Below, piece by piece: positions 17,158 to 26,578 of a DNA stretch of 32,000 nt; position 1 is the first letter of the stretch, and every line of letters starts with the position of its first letter. The translations under genes were made by a program, and so were the position numbers. The notes beneath the pieces are model-generated. The model did not search any database, was not told the origin of the DNA, and saw only the letters and a program-made list of their open reading frames with translations. Source of the DNA: Saccharolobus solfataricus. Lineage in GTDB: Archaea > Thermoproteota > Thermoprotei_A > Sulfolobales > Sulfolobaceae. The stretch spans positions 3,002,025 through 3,034,024 of the forward strand of contig NZ_LT549890.1 in NCBI RefSeq assembly GCF_900079115.1, written 5' to 3'.

Positions 17158-18261
17158 TTATTCGAACTCTATAGTTGCAGGTGGTTTAGAAGTAACATCA
17201 TAAAGTACTTCTTTAACATTAGGTATTTTTTGTAATATTTCAGAACTAATTTTACTTAAAATTTCTTTAGGTATTCTAACATAATCAGCTGTCATGAAAT
17301 CCTCAGTAGTGACTGCCCTTATTGCGACACTGTATTTTCCGCTATTCCTTTCGTCCAAGGTACATAATACATGAGTAATGTCATATTTAACTAAAGTATC
17401 TATAATGTTTTTCACATTATTAATATTACTGCACTCAATCTTTGCTATATTCCCATAAGCCCTAACGTCACCCTTAACTCCAGTAGCCCTAGCTTTGTAT
17501 AGAAAAGCATCAATACCGTCTAAATTTACAAGATTACCATAGGATTCAAAGGATACTGCAAAATATTGCGAGTAGTTAAAAGGATCTAAATACTTTTCAA
17601 CTATATCATTAGCTTCTCTCACTACTTCCAACTTTTCCCTAGTCAGTTTCCCCACCGCCCTAACTAGGAGACCAGGGCCAGGAAATGGCTGCCTTTCAGA
17701 AATTTCCTTAGGTAGTTTAAGATATCTAGCTAGTTCCCTGACCTCATTCTTATAAAGGTCTGCCAATGGTTCGATTAATGTAAATCCCCATTCTTTCTCA
17801 GTGTCTATACCTATTTGAACTAAGACATTATGTTGTGTCTTTATTCCACCTTGAGTCTCTACCCAGTCAGCGGCTATGGTACCTTGCATTAAATATCTTG
17901 CGTTGAACTTTTTCATTAATGATGAAATAGTAGAGTAAAAAAGTTCTCTGAATCTCTTCCTTTTCATTTCGGCATCGTCAATTCCCTCAATTTCAGAGAT
18001 AAATGTCTCCTTCTTGTCTACTATAATAAGGTTAGGTAAAATATTACTTAAATAATCTTTAATTTTCTCAGCTTCGTTTTTCCTTAAAAAGCCGGTATCT
18101 ACTAAAACGGGAATTACTTTATCGCCTAACAAATTATAAGCGAGAACTGCAGCTGTAGTACTATCAACACCACCACTTACCGCAGCTAAAACTTTCTCAT
18201 TGCCAAGCTTCTGTCTCAACTGCGGCCCTATTTCCTCGACAAATGAAGCAGGATCAAACAT
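17158..18261 (-). CDS. guaA: GMP synthase (glutamine-hydrolysing) subunit B, ATP pyrophosphatase
   Basis: 367 aa. PP-loop [13 protein letters not shown]. Conserved C-terminal dimerisation domain ending KPPATIEFE. No GATase domain, so this is the split archaeal subunit. Confidence 0.9.
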   Translation of the reverse strand: MFDPASFVEEIGPQLRQKLGNEKVLAAVSGGVDSTTAAVLAYNLLGDKVIPVLVDTGFLRKNEAEKIKDYLSNILPNLIIVDKKETFISEIEGIDDAEMKRKRFRELFYSTISSLMKKFNARYLMQGTIAADWVETQGGIKTQHNVLVQIGIDTEKEWGFTLIEPLADLYKNEVRELARYLKLPKEISERQPFPGPGLLVRAVGKLTREKLEVVREANDIVEKYLDPFNYSQYFAVSFESYGNLVNLDGIDAFLYKARATGVKGDVRAYGNIAKIECSNINNVKNIIDTLVKYDITHVLCTLDERNSGKYSVAIRAVTTEDFMTADYVRIPKEILSKISSEILQKIPNVKEVLYDVTSKPPATIEFE

Positions 18262-18279
18262 TTAGTTAAGACTAAAAAT

Positions 18280-19677
18280 TCATTGCTTATAAATTTCGAC
18301 TATTTCGTCAATATGTAAATATTTCCTTAAAAATTGCTCTACACGAATTGCTTGCTGTTTGATTTCTTCTTCCATCGATTGGGAGTGAATATTAATATTG
18401 AACTCCTTCAGTAATTTTTTCATTCCATCAGAAAATAAGGTTCCATGTACACTTATACCAATGATATTATCCTTTTTTGCCCCATCCTCAACGCTTACTT
18501 TTTCACCATTCCTTAATGTTATCTTAAGCAAAGGCTTTTCACCCATGTATTTTATTACTCCTCTTCTAATTTCATAACCATTCATTTCTCCATATTCAGA
18601 AATGCCAGTTGTCATTGAAACAACCTTATCCTTGCTATAATGTACATTAATATCAAATATTCCTAACCCTTCATATTCTGTAGGATATCCCGCCTCAATC
18701 CCGTAAGGATCCACAATCTTTTTACCTAAAATTTGGAAACCACCGCAAATACCTAAAATGTTCATAGATCTTTGCCTTAGCTGTTCTACAAATCCGTTTT
18801 CCACCAACCACTTCAGCGATTCTAAAGTATTTCTACTACCCGGTAAAATTACAAGATCTGCCTTTGCAGTTTCTTTGGGCTTTCTTACGAAGGATACACG
18901 TGCATTAGACTTGACTAAGGCGTAAAACTCATTGAAATTACTCATGTAAGGATAGGCAATTATGGCTACTTCAACATTGCCATCGCCAAAATTGTAAACA
19001 TTCATAGAATCTTCCGGCATTATGGGAGGCTCACTAAAAAAGGGCAGATAACCTAAATATCTCATTCCAGTTTTCTCTTCAAGCCATTTTATGGCGTCAT
19101 TCAGAAACTTTTCATCTCCTCTAAATTTATTAATAATGAACCCTTTCAGGTTCTCTCTAACGGATTGAGGAAGCATCATATAAGTACCATAGGCGGATGC
19201 AAATGCGCCTCCCCTATCTATATCTAATACTAAAATAGCCGGAATTCTCTTTTCCTTCATTACTTTTATTGCTGTAATATCCTTGTCGATAAAATTCGGT
19301 TCTCCTATACCCCCTGCCGCCTCTATCACAACATCGTTTGATAAGAATTGTGAGACCTTTTTCCATAACTTCTCAGTTGCCAAATTGTAATACTCATTGC
19401 CACTCATGATACCAAGCGAACTCCCCATAAAGATTACTTCAAGACCCTTTCCCATTATCTTAAGCAAGATTGGGTTCATATACCTCTCTGGTCTTAATCC
19501 AGCTCCCCAAGCCTGGTATGCTTGTATAAAAGCTATTTCTCCTCCATCCCAAGTCGAAATACTATTCAAAGACATGTTCTGAATTTTAAGTGGTTTTGCG
19601 TTTAGAATCCTCACTAAGCCAGTGGTTATAAATGATTTACCAGAATCGCTCATTGTCGAAGCTACTATTATTGACAC
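18280..19677 (-). CDS. cobQ: Cobyric acid synthase
   Basis: 465 aa. N-terminal P-loop-like TMSDSGKSF (CobQ/CobB/MinD fold). C-terminal GATase1 with GICGGFQILG and ISVHG. Confidence 0.9.
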   Translation of the reverse strand: MSIIVASTMSDSGKSFITTGLVRILNAKPLKIQNMSLNSISTWDGGEIAFIQAYQAWGAGLRPERYMNPILLKIMGKGLEVIFMGSSLGIMSGNEYYNLATEKLWKKVSQFLSNDVVIEAAGGIGEPNFIDKDITAIKVMKEKRIPAILVLDIDRGGAFASAYGTYMMLPQSVRENLKGFIINKFRGDEKFLNDAIKWLEEKTGMRYLGYLPFFSEPPIMPEDSMNVYNFGDGNVEVAIIAYPYMSNFNEFYALVKSNARVSFVRKPKETAKADLVILPGSRNTLESLKWLVENGFVEQLRQRSMNILGICGGFQILGKKIVDPYGIEAGYPTEYEGLGIFDINVHYSKDKVVSMTTGISEYGEMNGYEIRRGVIKYMGEKPLLKITLRNGEKVSVEDGAKKDNIIGISVHGTLFSDGMKKLLKEFNINIHSQSMEEEIKQQAIRVEQFLRKYLHIDEIVEIYKQ

Positions 19678-19712
19678 TTAATCATATCAACTCGGCTACT
19701 AAATAAATTCAC

Positions 19713-20474
19713 ATGCACCTAAAAGAGATACTTGCGCAGTTTTCGTTTTTCACAGCAATACCAGTTAAGAGTAGTGCTTCCTTAGAGGAAATTGCGGAAT
19801 CCTCTTACATATCGCCAATAATTGTGGGTATATCGTTGGGGTTAATTGAGAGTGTTGCGTACTTAATTCTATATAGAATTCTTGGAGAACTTACTGGAAT
19901 AGTATTGTTAGGTATAATAGAACTGCTTAGGGGATTTAACCATCTAGATGGCTTACTGGACTTGGGGGATGCATTAATGATAAGGGGAAATAGAGAGAAA
20001 AAAATAAAAGCGTTGAAGGATGTTGAAGTTGGCTCAGGAGGTATAGGTTTACTTTTAGTTTACTTATCAATACAAATAGTAGCTTTATTAAAATTAGATT
20101 TCTCGCTATACACCATATTCTATTTAATCTCATCTAATGTACTTTCCATGTCGTTAAGTCTTTATATACTTTCAACCATAAGTCCAATTCCAGAAAGCAA
20201 TTTAGGAAGAATCTTTCACGATAAATTGAAAGGAAAATCAACTATATTACTTCTAGAATTAATTCCTTTTATCTCATTATACAATGTGATAGTCTTTATA
20301 ATATTTTACATGATAATGTATAAAATCTGTGGATCACTTGGAGGCTCCTCAGGTGATATAGCTGGTGCGTCAATAACTCTTTCCTTTCCACTCTTCCTTA
20401 TCACCGACGAGATAACCAATTTAAATTACTCACTACTATCTATCTTGTGTTATTTATTCTCGCACTTGCACTGA
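19713..20474 (+). CDS. cobS: Adenosylcobinamide-GDP ribazoletransferase (cobalamin synthase)
   Basis: 253 aa, polytopic. FSFFTAIPV and [12 protein letters not shown] motifs characteristic of CobS. Confidence 0.85.
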   Translation: MHLKEILAQFSFFTAIPVKSSASLEEIAESSYISPIIVGISLGLIESVAYLILYRILGELTGIVLLGIIELLRGFNHLDGLLDLGDALMIRGNREKKIKALKDVEVGSGGIGLLLVYLSIQIVALLKLDFSLYTIFYLISSNVLSMSLSLYILSTISPIPESNLGRIFHDKLKGKSTILLLELIPFISLYNVIVFIIFYMIMYKICGSLGGSSGDIAGASITLSFPLFLITDEITNLNYSLLSILCYLFSHLH

Positions 20475-21364
20475 TATGGGATTTAACGATTTCAGAACCG
20501 CCTATTTACATACACCCTGTAGTTTGGACTGGGAAAATATCGGAAATATTAATTAAACCATATAAGGGCTATTTCTACGGAGTCATCTTATGGATCTTAT
20601 CGGTCTTACCTCCATTACTTATTTTCGTGTATTTACCAATAGTAGCAGAAATTCCAATTTATCTTAAAATAATAATCTTAACATTTTCCTTGAAAACGAC
20701 ATTTTCAATTAAAATGCTGTATGATATTGTAACAAAAGGATCAAGACTAGATGACCAGGCTAGGTATTATGCACAACAGATTGTCAGAAGAGACTTAAGT
20801 AAGAGCGAGAAAGGTCATATAGCTTCCGCCTTAATTGAATCATTATTTGAGAGTACCGTTGATGGAATAACCTCCCCAATCTTCTGGTTTCTTATTTTTG
20901 GACTAATTGGAGCAATGCTACAAAGACTTGCAAATACAATGGATAGTATGGTAGGATATAAGACCCCAGAACTTAGAAAAGAGGGTTGGTTCTCAGCTAA
21001 AATTGATACTATACTTAATTATATCCCAGCTAGACTAACCGGAATGATAATGCTAATAGCTGGTTTAATCTTAGGACTTGACGTAAAACAAGGATGGAAA
21101 GCACTTAGAGAGGCAAAAATGGAAAGTGTAAATGCCAAGTATCCAATAGCTATTGCTGCAGGTTTACTAAATGTAAGTTTAGAAAAGGTCGGCCATTATA
21201 AAGTGGGCTTTGGAAATTTACCATGTGAGGATGATATTGAAAAAGCACTTAAGTTATTTAAATTAAGTCTAATCTTGTACTTTCTAGTTATTTCAACTAT
21301 ATATTATTACCTTTATGGCATTTCCCTCCTTACCTATCCTTACGGCCTCATTGAACTCATCTAA
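20447..21364 (+). CDS. cbiB: Adenosylcobinamide-phosphate synthase (CbiB/CobD)
   Basis: 305 aa membrane protein. HPVVWTGK N-terminal motif and [10 protein letters not shown] motif of CbiB. The start overlaps the cobS end by 28 nt. Confidence 0.85.
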   Translation: MLFILALALIWDLTISEPPIYIHPVVWTGKISEILIKPYKGYFYGVILWILSVLPPLLIFVYLPIVAEIPIYLKIIILTFSLKTTFSIKMLYDIVTKGSRLDDQARYYAQQIVRRDLSKSEKGHIASALIESLFESTVDGITSPIFWFLIFGLIGAMLQRLANTMDSMVGYKTPELRKEGWFSAKIDTILNYIPARLTGMIMLIAGLILGLDVKQGWKALREAKMESVNAKYPIAIAAGLLNVSLEKVGHYKVGFGNLPCEDDIEKALKLFKLSLILYFLVISTIYYYLYGISLLTYPYGLIELI

Positions 21365-22330
21365 TGAGAATCTATGAGTTATCAGTTTAGTTACATCAAT
21401 CTTCTTATTAGCTATTATAGCTAAAGCTTCCTTTGTATCCTCTTCCACAGCAGCATTACTAGGAATTATTGAGATCTCATTATTTAAGAGGTCACTAATA
21501 TCGTAATTAAGTATCGTCCCCTTATATGGCACACCAAATAGTAAAACTCTACCACCCTTTCTAGTAGCATTAAGACCAGAGACTATTGCAGAAGGAGATC
21601 CAGAGGCTATTATAGTAACATCAGCGCCTCTACCATCGGTTAATCTCTTAACTTCATCAACTACATTAACTTTCTTCGCATTAAGGGAATAGTTAATACC
21701 TACTTTGTATCCAAATTCGGTTCTAAAATCACTTACGTCTGATGCTATGATAACTCCTGCCTTATTTACCTTAGCCATCATTGCGTGTAATAGTCCCATG
21801 GGACCAATTCCAACAATAAAGACCGTATCGCCATTATCGATAGCTACTCTCTTTTGCGCCCTAATAACGGTAGCTAATGGTTCTATGAATGCCCCTTCTT
21901 CGAAACTTACATTATCTGGCAACTTTAATACTCCCCCTCTTGCAACATTCCAAGCTGGGACTCTGAAGTACTCCGAAAATCCACCGGGATCTAAGTTAGT
22001 TTTTCTATAATAAGGACACATGGTCGGGCTTCCCTTTTTACAATAATAACACTCATAGCATGGGACATGGTGATGAGCAAAGACCCTATCCCCAGGCTTT
22101 AGCCAATCCACTGTAGATTCTTGGATTATTCCAGTCGGTTCATGACCCAATATTGGTTGTGATGCGGTGTATTGCCCACAAATCTTCTCGATGTCAGTAC
22201 CGCACAATCCACAAGCCTTCATTTTAACTAATACATCACCTTGCTGTAATTTAGGTAATGGTAGCTCCTTTATTACAGCCTTTCCGTTCTCCATAATTAC
22301 GCTTTTCATAGGTGAGAATCCCTCCACCAT
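21293..22330 (-). CDS. Zinc-dependent medium-chain dehydrogenase (threonine/sorbitol/alcohol dehydrogenase-like)
   Basis: 345 aa. Catalytic Zn ligands in CGLCGTD and GHEPTG. Structural Zn Cys cluster CYECYYCKKGSPTMC. Rossmann motif GIGPMG. Confidence 0.85.
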   Translation of the reverse strand: MVEGFSPMKSVIMENGKAVIKELPLPKLQQGDVLVKMKACGLCGTDIEKICGQYTASQPILGHEPTGIIQESTVDWLKPGDRVFAHHHVPCYECYYCKKGSPTMCPYYRKTNLDPGGFSEYFRVPAWNVARGGVLKLPDNVSFEEGAFIEPLATVIRAQKRVAIDNGDTVFIVGIGPMGLLHAMMAKVNKAGVIIASDVSDFRTEFGYKVGINYSLNAKKVNVVDEVKRLTDGRGADVTIIASGSPSAIVSGLNATRKGGRVLLFGVPYKGTILNYDISDLLNNEISIIPSNAAVEEDTKEALAIIANKKIDVTKLITHRFSLDEFNEAVRIGKEGNAIKVIIYS

Positions 22331-22371
22331 CTTAAAAAGGAATATATGGTAATACTTGCGTTATATTAATA

Positions 22372-22920
22372 GTGGATTTAATTATTACTTTCGGTTTACT
22401 CACACTGGTTGTTTTACTTGAATTCATAGTAGTACCCGCAATAATCCTTAAAAGGGGGACAAAATTTTCAACGATTTATAATTATCCTATATATATTATA
22501 AATTCTACTGAAATAAATGCATACTCTTTAACATCTGTTTGGGGAAAGTTCATAGTTTTAACTAGGGGATTGGTAAATGGGGAAGATGAGGAGCACATAA
22601 AAGCAGCTATTATGCATGAAGTTGGACACCTAAAGTTAAATCATCATGTGAAAATGAGCCTCTACATTATTTCCGTAATCATGGTCTTTACCTATCTCCT
22701 TGGAGTAAATATGCTAACATTAATTCCTTTTGCCCTTGTAGCCTTGCTGGTTCAAAGATATTTACAGAGAAGGCTGGAATTGGGTGCAGATAGATTTGCG
22801 TTAAGATTCATTAACAAGAAAATGCTGGAAGATTTAATAACGAAATATGATATGAAAGAAACGACATTTTTATCTACACATCCAAATATTCACGTAAGAC
22901 TTAAAAACATCAACGAGTAG
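22372..22920 (+). CDS. Small membrane-embedded M48/M56-like zinc peptidase
   Basis: 182 aa, GTG start. HEVGHLKLNHH zinc motif flanked by hydrophobic helices. Much shorter than the HtpX at 16180. Confidence 0.65.
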   Translation: MDLIITFGLLTLVVLLEFIVVPAIILKRGTKFSTIYNYPIYIINSTEINAYSLTSVWGKFIVLTRGLVNGEDEEHIKAAIMHEVGHLKLNHHVKMSLYIISVIMVFTYLLGVNMLTLIPFALVALLVQRYLQRRLELGADRFALRFINKKMLEDLITKYDMKETTFLSTHPNIHVRLKNINE

Positions 22921-22928
22921 ATTAGATT

Positions 22929-25061
22929 GTGTACGTTGGCAAACCTATTAAGCGAATCGAAGATCCTAAATTCTTAACTGGAGGCTCAACATACGTTGAT
23001 GATATAGAACTTCCAGGTACATTATTTGTGGCATTTCTCAGATCGGTTAAACCACACGCTAAAATAAAGATAAAGAAGAATGGTAATAACGTATTTACTG
23101 GTTATGACATCAATCCAGGTAAGGATTTTCCAATACCCATAGAGGAGACAACTTACGTTGGTCAACCATTAGCTATTGTAGTAGGAAGGGATAGATATGA
23201 AGCTTATGACTTGTTAGAAAGTATTGAAGTAGAATATGAGGAGTTACCTTACGTTATTGATCCTCAAGATGCTTTAAAAAACGATGTAAAAGTTTACAGT
23301 AAGAAGGAGTCTAATATTTACGAATATAAGAAATGGGAAGGAGGAAATATTGAACAGAGTCTTAAAGAGGCTGATGTGGTAATTAACGGAGAGTTATATA
23401 ATCAAAGAGTAATAGCAAACCCCTTAGAAACTAGGGGAATATTAGCTTACTTCGATGGTAATAGGTTAAATGTATGGTCATCTACTCAATCAGCTCATTA
23501 TCTTAGAAGAAATCTCATGAACTTTCTTGGAATTGATAACATAAGGGTAATTCAGCCAGATGTAGGAGGAGCGTTTGGGAGTAAAATTATAGCTCATCCG
23601 GAAGAATATGCTATAGCTAAGCTAGCCTTAAAAATGAAGAGACCTTTAAAGTGGATACCAACCAGGTCTGAAGAGATGCAGAGTGCAGGTCATGGAAGAG
23701 ATAAGAGATTAAAGTTTAAGGTTGCAGTAAAGAGAGATGGTACAATACTAGGTATAGATGGTACTTTAATTGCCGATTTGGGAGCGCCTTATCCAGACGC
23801 AAACGATGATGAGATAGGCAATGTTCACAGTACAGTTAGAATGCTATTGGGACCTTATAGGATTCAAAACGTGAGAATAGAGGAATACGCTGTAAACACC
23901 AACAAGGCACCTACTCAATCATATAGGGGAGCGGGTAGACCAGAGGCAACATATTTCATAGAGAGAATTATTAATATAATCTCTTTGGAGCTAGGAAAGG
24001 ATGAATTTGATATAAGAGAGAAGAATTTGATTAGAGAACTACCATACAAGAATGCCTTGGGTATAACCTATGATACTGGAGATTATATTGGTCTATTAAA
24101 TAAAGCAAGAGAATACTATGAGACGTTGAAAAAAGAAGCTAGCACGGATGAATGTATAGGTTCAAGTATGTACGTCGAAATAACAGCATTTGGCCCTTGG
24201 GAGACCGCAAGAGTTCTAGCTAAAAGTGACGGAAAAATCATGATAATAACTGGCAGTGGACCTCATGGGCAAGGTGATGGTACTGCTTTTGCCCAAATAG
24301 TAGCCGATGTTCTAGAGATTCCAATAGAGAATATTGAAGTTAGATGGGGAGACACTGATATAATTTCAGATGGGATTGGAACTTGGGGAAGTAGAACAGT
24401 AACAATTGGTGGGTCAGCGATGTATAAGGCTGCAGAAGAGTTAAGGAGAAGATTGATTGAAGTAAGTGCAAAAATGTTAAACGCTGACGTGGAAGAGGTA
24501 GAGTATAAGAATGGGATATTTTCGCATAAGAAGAGCAGTAAGAGTTTTACTATAAAGGAAGTAATACAAAACGCTTATTCAATGGGATACTCCTTAGATG
24601 TAACCTATGTCTATAACGTAACTAAACCAGGTTACACTGTACCTTATGGAGTTCATTTAGCGTTAGTTAAGGTAGATAAAGAGACTGGAAGTATAAGAGT
24701 GAGGAAATACATTGCCTTAGACGATGTTGGGAGAGTTATAAATCCACTACTTGCAGAAGGTCAGATAATTGGTGGGGCTTTACAAGGGATAGGACAAGCT
24801 ATATATGAAGGAACAATATATAGTAAAGAGGGTTATTTGCTAAATTCAAACTTAACCGACTATGGGTTTCCTACTGCAGTGGAAGCACCAAGGATTGAGT
24901 GGCATTACATTGAAAAGGGATTATCAGGCCATCCTACTAATTCTAAAGGAATAGGCGAGGCTGGAGCTATTGCCTCAACTCCTGCTGTAGTAAATGCAGT
25001 AGAAAAGTGCATTAGGAAGAAAATAGTTAACATGCCGATAAGACCAGAAGAGGTTATTTAA
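22929..25061 (+). CDS. Molybdopterin-binding large subunit of a xanthine dehydrogenase/aldehyde oxidoreductase/CoxL-CutA family enzyme
   Basis: 710 aa, GTG start. N-terminal KRIEDPKFLTG, PDVGGAFGSK and C-terminal KGIGEAGAIASTPAVVNA motifs of Mo-hydroxylase large subunits. The CO-dehydrogenase active-site loop (VAYRCSFR type) is not seen. Confidence 0.85.
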   Translation: MYVGKPIKRIEDPKFLTGGSTYVDDIELPGTLFVAFLRSVKPHAKIKIKKNGNNVFTGYDINPGKDFPIPIEETTYVGQPLAIVVGRDRYEAYDLLESIEVEYEELPYVIDPQDALKNDVKVYSKKESNIYEYKKWEGGNIEQSLKEADVVINGELYNQRVIANPLETRGILAYFDGNRLNVWSSTQSAHYLRRNLMNFLGIDNIRVIQPDVGGAFGSKIIAHPEEYAIAKLALKMKRPLKWIPTRSEEMQSAGHGRDKRLKFKVAVKRDGTILGIDGTLIADLGAPYPDANDDEIGNVHSTVRMLLGPYRIQNVRIEEYAVNTNKAPTQSYRGAGRPEATYFIERIINIISLELGKDEFDIREKNLIRELPYKNALGITYDTGDYIGLLNKAREYYETLKKEASTDECIGSSMYVEITAFGPWETARVLAKSDGKIMIITGSGPHGQGDGTAFAQIVADVLEIPIENIEVRWGDTDIISDGIGTWGSRTVTIGGSAMYKAAEELRRRLIEVSAKMLNADVEEVEYKNGIFSHKKSSKSFTIKEVIQNAYSMGYSLDVTYVYNVTKPGYTVPYGVHLALVKVDKETGSIRVRKYIALDDVGRVINPLLAEGQIIGGALQGIGQAIYEGTIYSKEGYLLNSNLTDYGFPTAVEAPRIEWHYIEKGLSGHPTNSKGIGEAGAIASTPAVVNAVEKCIRKKIVNMPIRPEEVI

Positions 25062-25064
25062 CTC

Positions 25065-25523
25065 ATGCAAAGACATGTTATGTCATCTAAAGACTCTAAG
25101 ATTTTTATCAACAAGATAAAAGAGAAGTATAATGTTGATATTTCTAATGCTAAATTAGAGGTAGGTAAGGAGAAAAAGGAGATATGGTATTATGTAAACG
25201 ATATTTTAGCATTTTTCGATGACCTAATTCCTACACTTTGTGCAATAATCAGGTTAAAAATCAATCTCCCTTATGTAATTATAGATGAGGGAGCTGTAAA
25301 AGCTGTGAGTAAAGGAGCTGATCTTTTCGCCCCAGGTATAGTAGAATATAACTGCGAATGTAAGGAGAATGAGATTGTTTTAGCGAAGACCAAGACAAAT
25401 TTACCTGTTGCAGTATTAAGAGTTCTAATGCCAAAGGAGAAGGCTTTAGTTGAAAAGAAGGGAAAGTTCGCCCTTAATCTCCACCATATTGGGGATAAGA
25501 TATGGGAGATGTGTAATGGGTAA
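25065..25523 (+). CDS. PUA-domain RNA-binding protein (MCT-1/Tma20-like)
   Basis: 152 aa. C-terminal PUA signature GAVKAVSKGADLFAPGIV ... VAVLRV. Confidence 0.75.
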   Translation: MQRHVMSSKDSKIFINKIKEKYNVDISNAKLEVGKEKKEIWYYVNDILAFFDDLIPTLCAIIRLKINLPYVIIDEGAVKAVSKGADLFAPGIVEYNCECKENEIVLAKTKTNLPVAVLRVLMPKEKALVEKKGKFALNLHHIGDKIWEMCNG

Positions 25524-26217
25524 CTTTTCTATTGTTATACCCACTTATAATGAGAGAGACAATATTGTAAAACTAGTAGAGGAGATAAATAGGATAGTAC
25601 CATATAATTCCAGAATTCTTATAGTAGATGATAATAGCCCAGATGGAACAGCATTAATATTGCAAGAGTTAAACATTCATAACCTTACTGTATTAATAAG
25701 ACATAACGAAAGAGGCTTAGGATCAGCGTTAAGATATGGAATTAGTAAGGCGATAGAGCTAGAATCAGACTTCATAGTCACTATGGATGCGGACTTTAGT
25801 CATAATCCGAAATATTTACCAGAAATGATGAAAATTGCCTTAAATGAAAATTGCGACCTAGTTATAGGTTCTAGATATGTAATAGGAGGTGGAATAGAAA
25901 ATTGGTCACTTAGTAGGAGAATTATAAGTAAGGGAGCCAACTATCTGTTTAAGTTAGTTTCACATTCCCCAATCATGGATAATACGTCAAATTACAGAAT
26001 ATACTCACGTAGAGCCGCACTATTGGCATTAGAATGTGATACCACAAATGGATATGAATTTCAAATATGCTCAATATTCAAAATTATAAGGAATAACCTC
26101 AAGATTAAGGAATATCCCATCATCTTTGTAGATAGAAAAACTGGAAAAAGTAAACTTAATTTGAAGGAAATTTTAAATTGGTTCCTTTATATAATTAGGC
26201 TTTCCCTTTCTTTTTGA
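25516..26217 (+). CDS. GT2 glycosyltransferase, dolichyl-phosphate mannose/glucose synthase-like
   Basis: FSIVIPTYNERDNI, VDDNSPDGT and DADFSH (DxD) motifs. I start the gene at Met23 (MGNFS) of the 255-aa ORF, which overlaps the PUA gene stop by 8 nt. Confidence 0.85.
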   Translation: MGNFSIVIPTYNERDNIVKLVEEINRIVPYNSRILIVDDNSPDGTALILQELNIHNLTVLIRHNERGLGSALRYGISKAIELESDFIVTMDADFSHNPKYLPEMMKIALNENCDLVIGSRYVIGGGIENWSLSRRIISKGANYLFKLVSHSPIMDNTSNYRIYSRRAALLALECDTTNGYEFQICSIFKIIRNNLKIKEYPIIFVDRKTGKSKLNLKEILNWFLYIIRLSLSF

Positions 26218-26518
26218 GCTTTTCCAACTCTCCTTTGATTGTATCTATCTCTTTCTTAAGTAAGGTTATCTCGTTCTCATGATTCTCCAATGTCTTCAAT
26301 AGTTTCATGCTGTCTATGTGTGCTTCCTCCTCATATTCCCTAAGTCTTATATTACCGTCTTGATCCATTTCAACCAGCCCAAGTCTTTGGAGTTCTCTAG
26401 CGTAGCCCTTAGCTGTCTTTGGGGATACTTTTATTTCTAGAGCTAGATCTTTTACGTTCATAGTTCCCTTATTCTTTAGCATATTTATTATATCTTGAAG
26501 CCTAGGAGTAAGTTCCAT
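26195..26518 (-). CDS. Winged-helix transcription regulator with a C-terminal coiled coil
   Basis: 107 aa. HTH segment MNVKDLALEIKVSPKTAKGYARELQRLGLVE followed by a heptad-rich tail. Divergent from the OCD/aminotransferase pair. Confidence 0.65.
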   Translation of the reverse strand: MELTPRLQDIINMLKNKGTMNVKDLALEIKVSPKTAKGYARELQRLGLVEMDQDGNIRLREYEEEAHIDSMKLLKTLENHENEITLLKKEIDTIKGELEKLKKKGKA

Positions 26519-26543
26519 ATCTAATAGCTTACCATAGAATGCC

Positions 26544-26554
26544 TTTTAAATATA
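26544..26554. promoter_or_regulatory. Near-palindromic TATA element (TTTTAAATATA) centred between two divergent start codons
   Basis: ~31 nt from ATG 26518 (minus) and ~30 nt from TTG 26579 (plus) within a 60-bp intergenic region. Confidence 0.4.
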
Positions 26555-26578
26555 GAGACATATCAAATTAAGAGAGAG

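Noticed and set aside
19397-20133. Short antisense ORFs in cobQ and cobS
   Set aside because: They are shadow ORFs opposite genes with clear family motifs.
21705-22352. Two antisense ORFs (101 and 61 aa) opposite the Zn-dehydrogenase gene
   Set aside because: Shadow ORFs with no independent signals.
25450-25515. 22-codon N-terminal extension of the GT2 gene in the ORF track
   Set aside because: The extension lies inside the PUA gene in another frame. The conserved GT2 N-terminus (FSIVIPTYNE) starts right after Met23, giving a typical 8-nt stop/start overlap.
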